DNA of 64,000 bases from Takakia lepidozioides (Eukaryota > Plantae > Bryophyta). Positions 49,301 through 61,539 of this stretch are shown here, piece by piece. Below the pieces are notes generated by a model. The model saw only the letters and a list, made by a program, of their open reading frames with translations, ran no database searches and was not told where the DNA came from. The position numbers and the translations under genes are program-made. Within the stretch, counting starts at the first letter, position 1; every line of letters begins with the position of its first letter. The DNA lies in contig CM060732.1 in assembly GCA_030704615.1 (NCBI GenBank), positions 13,020,001-13,084,000 on the forward strand, written 5' to 3'.

Positions 49301-51672
49301 CCGGCGAGCATCTGCTATCTCCCGAAAGAATAGGTTGGTTTTGTAGAGCAGAAAGTACCTCGTCACATAGTCATGTAGGCTCTCTGCTGCAGGAGATATC
49401 TCCATCTTGAACTAATGTGTTTGTGTGTCCAGCTGCTCTTGCGCATTCGTCCTGTGGAGATTCTCCATCAGATCGGTTTCCTGAAAAAATACAATGAATC
49501 CACCCCCTACTAGAGTAGAAGCCCCAAACGAAGCGTGGGGAAGTACCTGAAACCACCATGTCATGCGGTTCATCCACATGTCGATTGTGGGGTCAGAGAG
49601 TTTGTCCGGTTTGGGGAAGCTCCACATGTCCCTGGTACTTTGGGAACCATTCCAGATTTGGAGCCACCGGGTCTGTCCAACCACCCAGCATATTCGTAAG
49701 CGCCAAACACCACAAAAATGAGGTGTTGCCACCACAATTTGGTTAAGAATGTATCACCTTTTTTGTTGCATCCACACAGGATGTGGCTAGACGATGGAGC
49801 TTCTCCAATGTCATCGTGGGCTTCAGAGTGCGAGAGTAGTGCTTCCCCACCTCCACCAGAAAGTCGGCACCAAGGGCGGGATCAGCTATGGCCACGTACT
49901 TTACCATCCGCGACTTGTACTTTATGCGGGCCCTCACCTCCGCAACTTTGACATACGATTCGAGTTCCGGGAGGGTTGGATTCTTCTCCTCTGACTCCAT
50001 GTAGAACCTCCGCGCATGTGCCAAATCCTGCTGTATTTTCGTCTGTCAAGAATGCGCACATAAGATTAGAGATCCTGCTCAACACAATTTCTTCTATTGG
50101 GGGAGGAGAGACAGATTAGCTCATCAAAACTGTCAGGAGCTTTACCCGAAATATGTAGTCCACCATGGCGTCGACGCTCAGCCTATACCAGGTTCTGTCT
50201 GCCTTTGCCTCCGACTTGCGCAGGAGGTCGGCACTGAGGGAATTGGCAAACTCTTGCACCCCCTGCTTCCCGACATCCTTCACTCGGAAGAGCATATGGG
50301 ACAAGTTGGTGGCAATGAAGGCATTCTCAGTCACCCTGCAGCGCCACATTTCCATCAAACAATACTGAAATGGGAATTTTCATCATATATGAGGATTCGC
50401 AATGAAATGACTTCCAAATTCAAAGTCCAAAAGCGAGAGGGGTTGTAGCTTACGAGTTGATGTCGGCCATTGCAGCTTTGAGAAGACTGCAATCTTTGGG
50501 CCCCGCAACCTTCAGCACAACACAATCCACGGCGAAATGCCAATCGAGGTCGTTGGGGTGGGCTTGGGCAATGTGCTCCATCCATGCCAGGAGGCGATGA
50601 TTGCCGTCCCACACGTAGAACATCTTACCGGACAAGTGCTGGAAAAGAGGATCACTAGCAATCGATCTCTCGAACTCCTCATTTCGCGTTTGCCAATGGG
50701 GACCCCATTTGTCCACCTCATCGGAAGTGTGGGCACGGGAAGCTCCGTGGTCGTTCTCAATGGAAACGTAAAACGCGGCAGACCCCATTCGATATCCATC
50801 CCGGAAAGAGAATTTCAGCTTGTCGATATCGCCTGGGAGGGCAGGTCTCACCACCTGCAATGACACCAAGCGGCAAAGGAGAATTCGAAGCTTGGCTGGG
50901 TACACCATGCCCCCCAGCACCCTACCAATGTTGTTGTGGGTTGCCTCCAACATCTTGGCAGCGGCCAACTTCATATCCGCCTCAGACATGACGTCTGCTG
51001 CAGAGGGGTTTTCCGGCAGCCCACCAGGACCGCCAAATCCAGCCTGTAGGCTCCGGGTTTGGGGCTGTCCGGGAGGATGTCATCCTGGTCAGAAAGCTCC
51101 CTGTCGTCCTCCTCAACAGGGTCAGCCACCTGTGAAACCACCTCCAGCACTCTCCCCGTCTCTACTGCCCTCTCCCTGGCTTCACCTCGAACTTGCACAA
51201 TCCGTGCTCTTTCTGGTGTTCTTTCCTCTCCTCCACTCTCCACCGTATGGGTAATTGCGGGGGCTGCTCTTGCCCGCGATGGTCTAACCGGTGTGTTACT
51301 ACCTCTCTGTGGTGTCTTGGAGGGATCCACCGTCTCTGTGCGTCCCTCGCTTACATTGGCATCTGTCATTTGGGCACCCCTGGCCTCTTTAGTGGCCTTT
51401 TCTCTTTCCTCCTGGCTAGCATTCTGTCTCGTCTGTTCTTTTGCCCTCTCTTTTGCCCTCTCACGGGCTTTCTGTTTCTTACTAGGGCTAGCAGCAGGGG
51501 AGCCCTCCAGGACGACCACCTTTGATTGAGGCGAACTGACACCCTCGCGCGCACTGCTCACTCCCCCCTCCGCAGCCCGTGGCGGCTCTCTCACCGGGGA
51601 TTGCATGTGCTTAGCTTTCTTTTTTTTCTTTGCGTGGGCGGGCCCTACTGCATGTGCATGAACAAACTCCAT
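46301..51672 (-). CDS. Multi-exon ParB/Srx-domain plus beta-class N6-adenine/N4-cytosine DNA methyltransferase-like protein (frameshift near 51025)
   Basis: ParB exon ~51000-50454 (LRILLCRLVSLQVVRP...DIDKLK...FYVWDGNHRLLAW); GT-AG exons 50335-50146, ~50030-49758, ~49671-49546, ~49480-49240, ~48655-47525, ~47465-47172, ~47087 onward; MTase CDMILLDIPDG ... RSPAFIQTLMETCSDVQGRILDLTCGT|GASMWAGTLSNRHVFAFELD. Gene ends approximate. Confidence 0.78.
48690..49172. repeat. Intronic array of imperfect palindromes GAACTGGAAA-ATGGCGCCGAA-TTTCCAGTTC (95-bp tandem unit)
   Basis: GGCGCC cores at 48752, 48826, 48899, 48994, 49089 and 49161 (variant at 48698), in both orientations. Confidence 0.9.
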
Positions 51673-52918
51673 TGCCGGATCTGCTGTCCTCATGTCCTCA
51701 CGCTGGTTTTTGCACCGATGTTGGTTTTCACGATTTTTGGGAATGACAGAGTGACGACGAGCCCGGCACGCTGGTGGTATCATCGACAGCTCCAACTCAT
51801 CGCATGTTTGAATCGCCCAACTTGGGGCGAGAGGGCAAACTTCAACCTTTTGTTGGTGGACGGGAGGACTTGCAACGAGAGTACGACAGAATAGGCATTG
51901 GGGAGGTTGGTGCAGGCGGCATGGCAGGTGAAGGGCATCGCAACGAGCAGCGCAACCACCATAGCAACAATCGTGTAACAAAAATGAAAACATAACAAGT
52001 TTAGGAAGTATGGAGAGCCATGCAACAACAATAAAAACAAATGCAACCATTGCCTGAGAATGACATGCACAAGCAGCCTTCTCCACAACTGCCGGATTTG
52101 CACACGCATTGCAAACAATGTAAGGTTCACTCAACTATCTAAAGTTCACTCATCCAGCGAAGCCAGGATGAAGATGCAAAAACAAAGCGAGGCAACAAAG
52201 CGAAAGCAAAAGCGAAATCGAACAAAGCGAAAGCAGAAGTGGCTTGCTTGAGAGTACTCGGCTTCAGTTGGCGCGGGTTGTGAGCAAGACACTGGAATCT
52301 CATGCTGGAGCTTCAGTTTGGCCATGCGAGAGATTGGCCGTCGTCCGTAGTACAGAGCTTTCAACTTCCGCCGCGGTCTGGATGTGAGGTCTCTCTCAGG
52401 AGAGCCACGCCCTTCAGGCGGCATAAGTCCCAGCCAAAATGGAAAAAGATCTCCGTTTTTGGGGTACATGCCTCGAATTTGGGGGGATCCGAATGGAAAT
52501 TCGGCGCTGAATTTCCGTCCGGGGGATGTTCTCTGTCGGACAGGTGCCGGCATCTCTGCCCCAGACGACTTCATCCGTGCGGCCCCTGTTGGATATTGGG
52601 TGCCGAATTTCCATTCGGGGGTAGTAATGTGACGGCACGGTGTCGGCTTCTCCCCTTCAGCCGTCATCATCCGGACGGCCCCCCACTTTCTGACTGCATA
52701 CCGTTGGCAGTTATTGCGCAAAAACCAGGGGCCGCATTCCGGAGACAAGGTTCATTAACACTCTGACTGTGGATTTTTGAGATAGTTGGCTCCCTGGATT
52801 TGGATCAGGCTTCGTCGCTTGGACAAATCGGCACCGCATTCCTTCCCATCGCTGCATCCCCCTTCTACCAGGGAGCTTCCCCACACGCCATCCTGGCAGT
52901 CTTGTGTGCACATCTCCC

Positions 52919-55900
52919 ATGGCGGAAAACCCGAGCGCTACAGTGTACTGCCCTCCTCACGAGCATAGAGCTTCATTTCTGTGCAGAGGGGACATCTGCC
53001 GGGTGATGGAGAAATATCTGTGCGTTCGATACCACCTGAAACCGGGGTCGGTTTTTTTGGAGGAGGAAAGGAAGGACTCAAACGGCCTTGTTGTCGAGAG
53101 TATTGTTGTGCTCCACGATGATTTCGGCGATGGCAGGGAATGGCGAGTTCCACCATCGGACAACGTCATATACAGGGCTGTTGGGGACTTCATTTGCCCG
53201 CCAAATGCACCTTCTATCCTGGCGCCTTCCACGAAACAATCCGCGAATCAGAGAGTGGCTACCTCAAAGAGAGAAGTCCGCAACGAAGTAAATCCAGAGC
53301 CGAACCCATCCATGAAGACGAGCGAGAACCGGGTTGTTCACAACCTGTCCGACTCAGACGAGGTCATGGAAGTTCCGAGGTCGTCCTGGAGATCAGACAA
53401 GTCCTCAATGGACGTCAGTGGAGGAGGGAGTCATATTCCCAGCACGAGCACCGCAGTTCGATCTATTCTTGAAATTCTGCGAGGGCTTCACCTGGAGGGA
53501 CACCGGTCGGAGCTGGCCGGGCTAGACTACAGCAAGTTCGCAATTAAATCGGTTACATGCCTTCCCGCCGACGTCGACGGTAATATCTTCTTTGAGTTCC
53601 CTCCTCGGGCGGACTATTCGAGGGCGTCCGGAATGTTGACAGATATGGATAGAAAACATGACGGTCATCCTTGGTGCGTTACCAAAACCACCAACATGAA
53701 GATGCTCGATGGTGTGCGGGTACGCTACGTTGTTTGTGCGGGCGCGTTGCGGTGTTTCTCCCCAACTTGCTTCCACTTTAAATCCAGAGGTCACAGGAAC
53801 GAGACCGATTGGACAGGCACAACTCATCAACCATTTCGAGCTCAGGAGAAGGTTCCGAACTCCACAATTAAGTGTGCGCATTGCAAAGAACCACCACACT
53901 GCATGTCTGTTTGTAATGCCAAGCAGTTCTATGTGTTGCACCGTTTCCCTAACCTCACCCGAGCTTGCATACACGTTGGTTCCCATTGTCACAAATTGGC
54001 GAGGGGGAACTCGCGGGAGGCTACCCACGAGGCAGAGCAGCTCGTTCAGGAGGAGGTTAAGTTGAGACCGGGTGCCAAACCCAAACAGATACAGCTCCAA
54101 GCCGCCCATAAGATGGCATTGGCCAGAATTATGTCGGAAGACGGCTCCGATAGAGTTCCTCTCGATGAGAAGGAAATGGAGGCATTGCTGGAGTCGGTGT
54201 CCCACGTATGTTCACCGAATGTCCGAAACCACATTGTCTCATGCAAACAGAAAATTGGGCGTGGCTCGGATATGCACTCCATTCTGGAGGTGAAGCAACG
54301 ATGTGGATATGACTACATTCATGGAAGTAGGTTTCCAGGACAAGGGACTGAGGCAGATCATTGTTTCGTATTCAAAATGTCCACGTGTGGACCTGGCAGC
54401 GGCGTCGAACTGGTCGACAGGATGACGAGTGGGGACTTGTCAAACAGTTGGGTCATGTTCGACCATATCAAGCGAATTACAAATCACCAGTGGGTGACAA
54501 TGGGTGCACATGTCTACGACACCCACTACAGGATGCTAATGACAATTGCTATTTGTGAGATGAAAGGAGAGGACACACAATCGGAGATGCTTCTTTGGCA
54601 GGGAATAAACGAACAGATGGCCAAGGCGGGATTGCCCCCTTCGAAATTTCCGTGGTTTCATGGCGGACAACGCACAAGCAAATTGGGCTGCCATCCGAAG
54701 GGTGTACGGGCAAGACCCCAATGTTCCCATGGAAGGCAACGAGAGATCTTGTGGGTTCCATTTTCTGCAGAGCCTTTCGCAGTACACAACCAGGCTCGTG
54801 GCGCCAGATTTCAGAGAGGAGCACCGTTCCATGTGCCTTGCGTGGAAGCGCGCTCCCACCTTGGATGATGTAGAGACACAGTTTGCATGTATACGGGCTT
54901 GGTGGACATCGTCAGGTGCTGTAAGGAAATCAGACGAGGGAGCAATGGTCAGTTGGCTAGCATGGTGGCATTATCGTTTCCTCCAGTTTGGCAAAAATAA
55001 GCGGGAGGTGAGTTGCACGAATTCGCGTCCCGTTGAATATTATTCTTGGCCATATTTGTAACTTGCTTGTAACCTCAACATGTGCTTGTGCAGGAAATGT
55101 GTCTCGACTCCAACACCGACATGCCCACGACAAACATGGCCGAATCGGTGCACTCTTCCTGGCGTGCCTCCTCTGCGGCGCATCTGGTGGATATCCTCAC
55201 TGCCACAACGGAGGACATTGTGAGGTCAATTATGTAGCAATGCAGGTACAACGAGTTCTTGAAAGGGAAATAGTGGGACTTGGGGCCGGACAGGCAGGAA
55301 ATGCTGATGCGGACTGCCTCTAGATCGAAGAATCCTCGGAAGTGGGCGGCGGCCTTGCGAGAGGGCCTTCGGGACACGCCATTGCTGCGAAGAGGCCAAC
55401 ATTTGGAAGGAGATGTTCATACCCGTCCAGTGAGACGAAGACTTGATGAGGCATCTGGCGGAGAAGAGGATTCATGGCGACAAGAATATTCGCACGCTCC
55501 CTCGTGGTCCGGTGATGTTGCCCGAGGAGGTCTCGTCGAGCACCGCAAGTCCTGCACGTTCAAGATCGCCATCTCCTTTGAGCACAGGGCGCGTGCCCCG
55601 GCAACATAACGAGCCATCTGTAGTAAAGCAGTACAACATTCCCATTGTGGAGACAAGAGTGTCGGAGTCACAGTGGAGAATTGCGAGGACATTGCCGGCA
55701 TTTCGAGGGAAGTGTTGCGCCATCCGGGTGGATACGAGAGCACGCTGTGGTGAGATGATTCGGAGGAACCCACACGGTGCTGTACCTGCACCTTGTTTCA
55801 GCAGCAGATTTTTGACTCCCACATTTGCTCACGCCACAACGCAGACATTTTGGTTCTGTAGGCACGACATAATGACCTGTGTATTTGGCAAGCCCAAGTA

Positions 55901-56507
55901 CGGGATTCAGGGAATGCCGGAGCCTCCGAGCGTCTGGCCTGTTGCACCGGGTTGCAGCCTCTCTCAGAATGAGGCGGATGCTTTATCTGCAGCAGGATTT
56001 CGAATGGTGCAACGCACAGACATCCCGGCCCATGCATTTCCGGTTCCTCAGACCCAGCCATTGCAGACTGCTCGGTCCAGTAGAGACGGATTGGACAATT
56101 CTGCACATCCCACAATGCGATTCGGAAGAGTGAAGAGACGACACCCTCCCAACAAGTTGAATGAGACTCGGATTGCCAATGCTCTTGGGATGGCTTGCAC
56201 TATTCAGAGCTCCGTGGATGTACCCCCACCCGGCCTTGGGCGTGTGTATCGGATGGCAACGGCCGGCTCGGCTGTACGCGACGATGTATACACAATTACG
56301 ATTGGAGTGGAGCCGACTTGCAATTGTACAGACTTCTCGTTGATGGAAGCAAAGAAGGGTTCAAAGTATTATCCGTGCAAGCATCTGTATTACATTTACC
56401 TGAAGAGGTTGAGGATGAACGTGACTATTGATGACTTTATTCATGCACCGGCGTTGAGCGTGAACGAGCTGCACAAACTCCTCCTTAGGGATTCCAAAAA
56501 TCATTGA
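52919..56507 (+). pseudogene. GCM-domain Mutator-like DDE transposase with C-terminal SWIM finger (copy 1; frameshifts and stops)
   Basis: GCM-like DGHPWCVTKTTN...CAGALRC...CAHC...C...C...HVGSHCH; DDE core WVMFDH / GFMADN / CGFH / TTNMAESVH (after intron 55008-55093); SWIM YTITIGVEPTCNCTDF...YPCKHLYYI. Confidence 0.85.
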
Positions 56508-57061
56508 TGGGGCAAAGGAAATCCTCTATATGGATATTTTCAATTGCATTTTGCTGTATCAGATTTTTTTTTGCAGTGTAATGAAATGCACCCCAAAACT
56601 CCTGGAATGAGGCAATATTCCATTCAAATTGAGATCCAACAGAAGCAGTTGTGGGACCATTTCTGGAAAAATGGCGGTCAGTAAAAGGCGCCAACATCTC
56701 AGCGTTATTGTTCAAGTATTTCATATGCTGTTCTTGAAAGGTCGTGTGCTCCGGTGGGCAGTCAAGGTACCACCCACAGTCTCTGAAGTGAGAAGGACTC
56801 CAGTTCTTCAATATCCCTGCAGTATACATGGTTGGATCGTTTGCAGGGTCCGACCACATGTCAAGATAGTCTGGAATTCCGCTCAGGTGATTTCCTTCCA
56901 TAAACACATATTTCGTGTACCTGAAAAAAAGGAGATAAATCCCAACCCACCAAAGCGCTCAGTGAGTAAGATGCAAGTAGAACATAATGAAAAAAACATA
57001 GAATGAAATGGCTCTGAGAACTACTCCAAGGACCTTTCAGGACCACACGACTGCTCCAGAT

Positions 57062-57807
57062 GTGAATGTCGTCAACGCCATTCAAAACATTCCATTCAAT
57101 GATACTGTAAATACACCCTAATCCAGGTGAATGCAAACTATCGTTTTGGAATGACACAGACATAGAAGTGAATGTCGTCAACGACATTCACTTTGGATTT
57201 GTGAATACACTCCTAATCAAGCCTAATTATTCCTCAAATGAAGCAAAATCAAAGGATGGAAATCATAAACTCGAGTAAGGAACCCTCCCGGAAAACTCAA
57301 TGCACATTCATAACGAACATATCACTGAGGACCTCACAACAACACTGTATGTGAATGACGTCAATGCCATTCACAAAAATACCAACAAGGAACCAATTAC
57401 TTAGCTCCCAATCCATGTAAATTCAAATTGTCGCTGGTGAATAATACAGACACAGAAGTGAATGTCGTCAACGACATTCACTTTGGATTTCTCATAACAA
57501 AGCTTATCAAGCCTCCAGATTCCTCGCAAGAGGCAAAAACAATGGAGAACAACTGAATGTCTGCATTGACATTCAGCAAAATGAAGTGAGGAACCCTCAC
57601 TGTAAACTCTATGGACATTACAAAAATTTACATAACTCTGAGGACCTCTCAACAACTCCGGATGTGAATGTCGTCAACGCCATTCAAGGACATTATCAAT
57701 TCTAATCAGGGACACTATAATTACACCCTTAGATCCTAACCAGGTGAATTCATATACTCGCTTAAGAATGACTCAGACAAAGAAGTGAATGTCGCCAACG
57801 ACATTCA
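57062..57807. repeat. Intronic array of six palindromes GTGAATGTCGT-CA-ACGACATTCAC
   Basis: Copies start at 57062, 57168, 57351, 57458, 57664 and 57785 (perfect at 57168 and 57458), within a ~300-bp higher-order repeat. Confidence 0.92.
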
Positions 57808-59971
57808 ATCTGGATCTATGATTGCAATCCTTATGAAGCCACATTTTTTCCCAAAAAAACCAGTAGAGTTTCAAGTATGACATTGCACCTGTACACAACT
57901 CGCATCATGGCCCACTCTCCTCCAACCTGATTGTCAAAGTCGTTGGACCGTAAAATGTTACCATCTTTGGAGAACTCCCGGAAAAAACAGTATCTCCAGG
58001 TGAGACCTCTCCACTTCCTTATGTATGCCTCCAATGACATTTGGGGAGGGGAAACAATCGAAATGTTCAGGTCCTTCAAAGTCCGATCCAGCACAATGAC
58101 GGCGCGCTTTTTGAGCTGCAAATTGTATATTTGTCAGAATTGCAAATAAGATACTCATCACATACTTGAAGAGAAGAAAACGACATGTTTGAATACACAC
58201 CTGACTCCAAAATGTAGCCTTGTGGAGCCAGTTATCAAACACCAAATCACTGATTCCTTCCACCTTTGTGCCAGGCTGTATGGTGCTCTTTGGGAACTGA
58301 TTCAAGTCCTTTACTGTTTGATCTGAGTTCCATATCTCCAGCCACCTTATTTTTGTTTGTGGGTCGACCATCGATATGGCCAACCGGTGCAATTTCTCCT
58401 GCTGCATCTCCGGATGCACATGCTTGTCATAGTGTGTTTTGATCTGCTGAAGGAACTCAGAACCAAGTCTAGGATCTACTATTCTAAGCTGCTTTCCGAA
58501 GGCGGACATCAATTTGGTTCTTCGCATTTCAAACTCCTTCTTTATTGCAGCTTCCACACCCTTTGATGTCCTTAGTTCCTCTGGTGTAGTGCGGTAATAT
58601 TCGGATTTTCCCTTCTCAGCTGCCTCTGCCAGTTCTTGCTGCATTGATTCAAGTAGTGATTAGCACCGAAAGGACTACAAACATGTATTCGAAAAGTAAA
58701 CTGAGTACAGACTCGGGCTTACCGCATACATGTACTCCAGAAACGCCTCTCGTGTCAAAGAATACCAAGTGCCTGCAGCTCTTCCTGTTTCGCACTTCTT
58801 GATTATATTGGGTGGGAGTACTGTCCGAAAATCATCCAACTTCATCAGACCAATCCTCTAAATTTGGAATTGGGTGTGGACCAAGCTTGTTGTCACATGC
58901 GATTTCTCTGTCGATCTGCAAAAACATTGGAAACATTGCATTCCTTAACACTGTTTTTTGGGGATTAATAAGACACTACAGAGGGAATGAAATCTCCTAG
59001 ATGACTTACTTGTTCACATCGTGCATAGCTGTAAGAAGCCTAGCGATGTCGTTTCCAGGATCCAAAACCATTGCCTCCACAGCAACATGCTTGTCTTTGT
59101 CTTTCGCATGGTGTTTCTGAATGTATCCCATCCATGCCAGCAATCGGTGGTTGCCGTCCCAAACGTAGAACATGTGGTTGCAGAATTGCTGGGTGTTCTT
59201 TCCCATCACGAGGCCCAGCTCGAACTCCTCATTGGCATCTTTCCAGCACTCATCCCAGTTATCACTGATCTCTGGAGACACTAATGTGCTTTTCCCATTT
59301 ATATCCGTCAGTGACACATAAAAAACTTGTGCACCAAGTCTATATCCATGCACAAAATCACTCTCCAATTTTGTTATGTCATGGGAAAGAGGTGGACGCA
59401 CAACAGGCATAGATATCATCCGGCACAGAGGGATGTCCAGACGCCCTCCAGATACGAGCATGTCCCTTATAACCTCCTGAGAGTTTACCTTCTGGAATGA
59501 CATGAGTTCTTTCACCTTGTCAAGGTAGTGCACTTCAGATTCATCTGCTTCATCTGTATTCTCTGAGCTTTTTCTGGACTCGTCCCCATCTCCAGATCAT
59601 TTCCCCTTTGATCCTGTAAGCTTGGACCTCACAGTTTTCTGCACGATGCCATTCAATTCTGACTGAGTAATTTGCAAATAATGAACAGCGGTAACGACCA
59701 TCACTCTGTCTCCAAGAAACTCACTATGAATGGTGTGAAACAATTCAGCACAATCTACACAAGCAAAGCTGATCCTGCCGTATTCAAAACAAAAGCGAGA
59801 GCGATAGCGAACGGCGTTAACGACAATCACAAAAGATAAGGACCTGCATCGGTGTTGTATAATGACATCTATGTGTAAGTGATTGGCGGCAACGACATTC
59901 AGTATAGTTTAGGGCGGACAGTAAGTGCAGATTATTCAGATTGACTCCATTGTGATTACCGTTGCCAGCAT

Positions 59972-60228
59972 GGGAAGAGGAAGGACTGCTTGAAAGGCAA
60001 TCAGACAGACTGTATGATCTGAACAACGATGATTGACGGTATGCCGACCCTCACTCTCTCTTCAAACACATAGGTACATAAATCTCATGAGGAGAATTGA
60101 ATGGCGTTAACGACGCTCGCAATTCAGTAGACTTCAATCACATGTTCCTGCTAAAGAAGGGAAGAGGAAGGACTGCTTGAAAGGCAATCAGACAGACTGT
60201 ATGATCTGAACAACAATGAATGACGGTA
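59972..60228 (+). repeat. ~65-bp direct repeat in intron 1 of ParB copy 2
   Basis: GGGAAGAGGAAGGACTGCTTGAAAGGCAATCAGACAGACTGTATGATCTGAACAAC at 59972 and 60159. Confidence 0.9.
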
Positions 60229-61539
60229 CCGATAGTCACCCACTTATTGTGCCGTAAACCTTTAGCAGAGGAGTAGAAAGCAAATCACCGTTGTGATGGT
60301 CGGTAGCAACAATCCCTGTCTGGGACATTCCACTCAATCTCTACGCAGATCTTCAACAATGAAATGTAAGTTAGAGAAAACTTACTGGCGCCTTCTTAGG
60401 TTTTGAAATTGGATCCCCTTCTGCAGCTTTCCTCTTCCCTCTCACATCTGCTGGAATTTCTGTCTGCTCTAGGGTTTCTGGACCTTCTCCCGGTTCGGCG
60501 TTCCTCGTGCTTCCACCTCCTTCAGTGTCCCTGCGAATCATCTCTGCATCCACAGGCTGGCACACTCTTATCGCCGACTGTGTCACAGCCGCTGCCTCAG
60601 TCTCCGTCTGCTCTTGTGAATCAGTCTCCGCGTTCACCTGCTACCTTGGCCCTGTGTTCTCCAACAAACGACGCCTCGTCATTTGCTCTCTTGCTCTGCG
60701 TCTCTCTCTAAGGGAAGTAAAATAAAGAGACTTTCTTCTCTTTCGTATTGTAGAAGGAACCCTCTCTAGCTTGACTACCACTCTCTCTCTAAAGCGCGAA
60801 AAGTAGAAAAACGCAGTGACTCCCGATTTCTTGCGGGATTGCCTGCGTTGTTGCTTGTCTCTAGAAGCATCGGATTCCCTCTCGCGTGACCGTTACACAT
60901 AGTCGTTCCCTTATTAGTGCACATGCCAGCAATTGGTGTACAGCTGTTCGTATTCAGTTATGGATGTCTGACGTGTGTCGCCCAAAATAAACGGCGTGTT
61001 CTTTATTAGAACGGTTTCAATATTTAAAAATAACAGCGAATCCCAGAAATCTTGGCGCACAGTCTTACACAAATAAATGTAAATGAATGAGAGTTTGATG
61101 ACAAATTTTGGAATATCATACACGGTCATCCTTGTTAGCCAAACCCCACATTCGTTTCACATTTGGAACTTTCCAGGTGCGCATGATCATTGGTAGTAGT
61201 ATAAAGATACATTTACTTAATCTGCAATCCCATCCTCAGATCCTATGGCATGCTTCCAGGAAGTCGGCTTTGTTATTGGGTTTATTGATGAGGTTCTGAT
61301 TAACGGTTTAACAACTGCCGACACTGCTCCTAGGGATACTCTGACCACTGGGCCCACAAGAAAAGTAATTAAAATGGACGGCTGCATATCTGGAAAGAAT
61401 AACATAATATGCACAATCGTTGTCTGAGCTTCCTCCGCCATATTCTCTGCTCATTCTTCAACTGTGTTCTGGAGACATCAGTAAACCGATTTACACTAGA
61501 TCTGCGATAGCAAGGTATAAACGTACGCGAGGAAGGAAG

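Larger units (their letters stand above)
46079..56510. mobile_element. Mutator-like (MULE) DNA transposon unit 1: divergent ParB-methyltransferase gene plus GCM-DDE-SWIM transposase
   Basis: Abrupt junction after Gypsy RT codons AAPL; G-rich terminus GGGGGGCTGCTATTTCATGAGC with short subterminal repeats (CATGAGC, CACGGAAATAGGGT x2); contains the two genes below. Confidence 0.78.
56485..60700 (-). pseudogene. Second ParB/Srx-domain gene, homologous to 46301-51672 but ending before the MTase domain
   Basis: RLDIPLCRMISMPVVRPPL...FYVWDGNHRLLAW (59533-59010); introns at the same positions as copy 1 (59009-58916 and from 58722); EKLHRLA...RWLEIWN and FRDCGWYLDCPP match copy-1 EKLHRLA...RWLQIWN and LRDCPWYVDLPP; internal stops. 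Confidence 0.82.

Noticed and set aside
46301-51672. Bacterial or phage contamination explaining ParB and the MTase
   Set aside because: The gene has GT-AG introns conserved between two copies and is contiguous with plant TEs.
57062-57807. CRISPR-like array (palindromic repeats with spacers)
   Set aside because: Spacers are 80-180 bp, unequal and themselves repeated; eukaryotic intron context; no cas genes.
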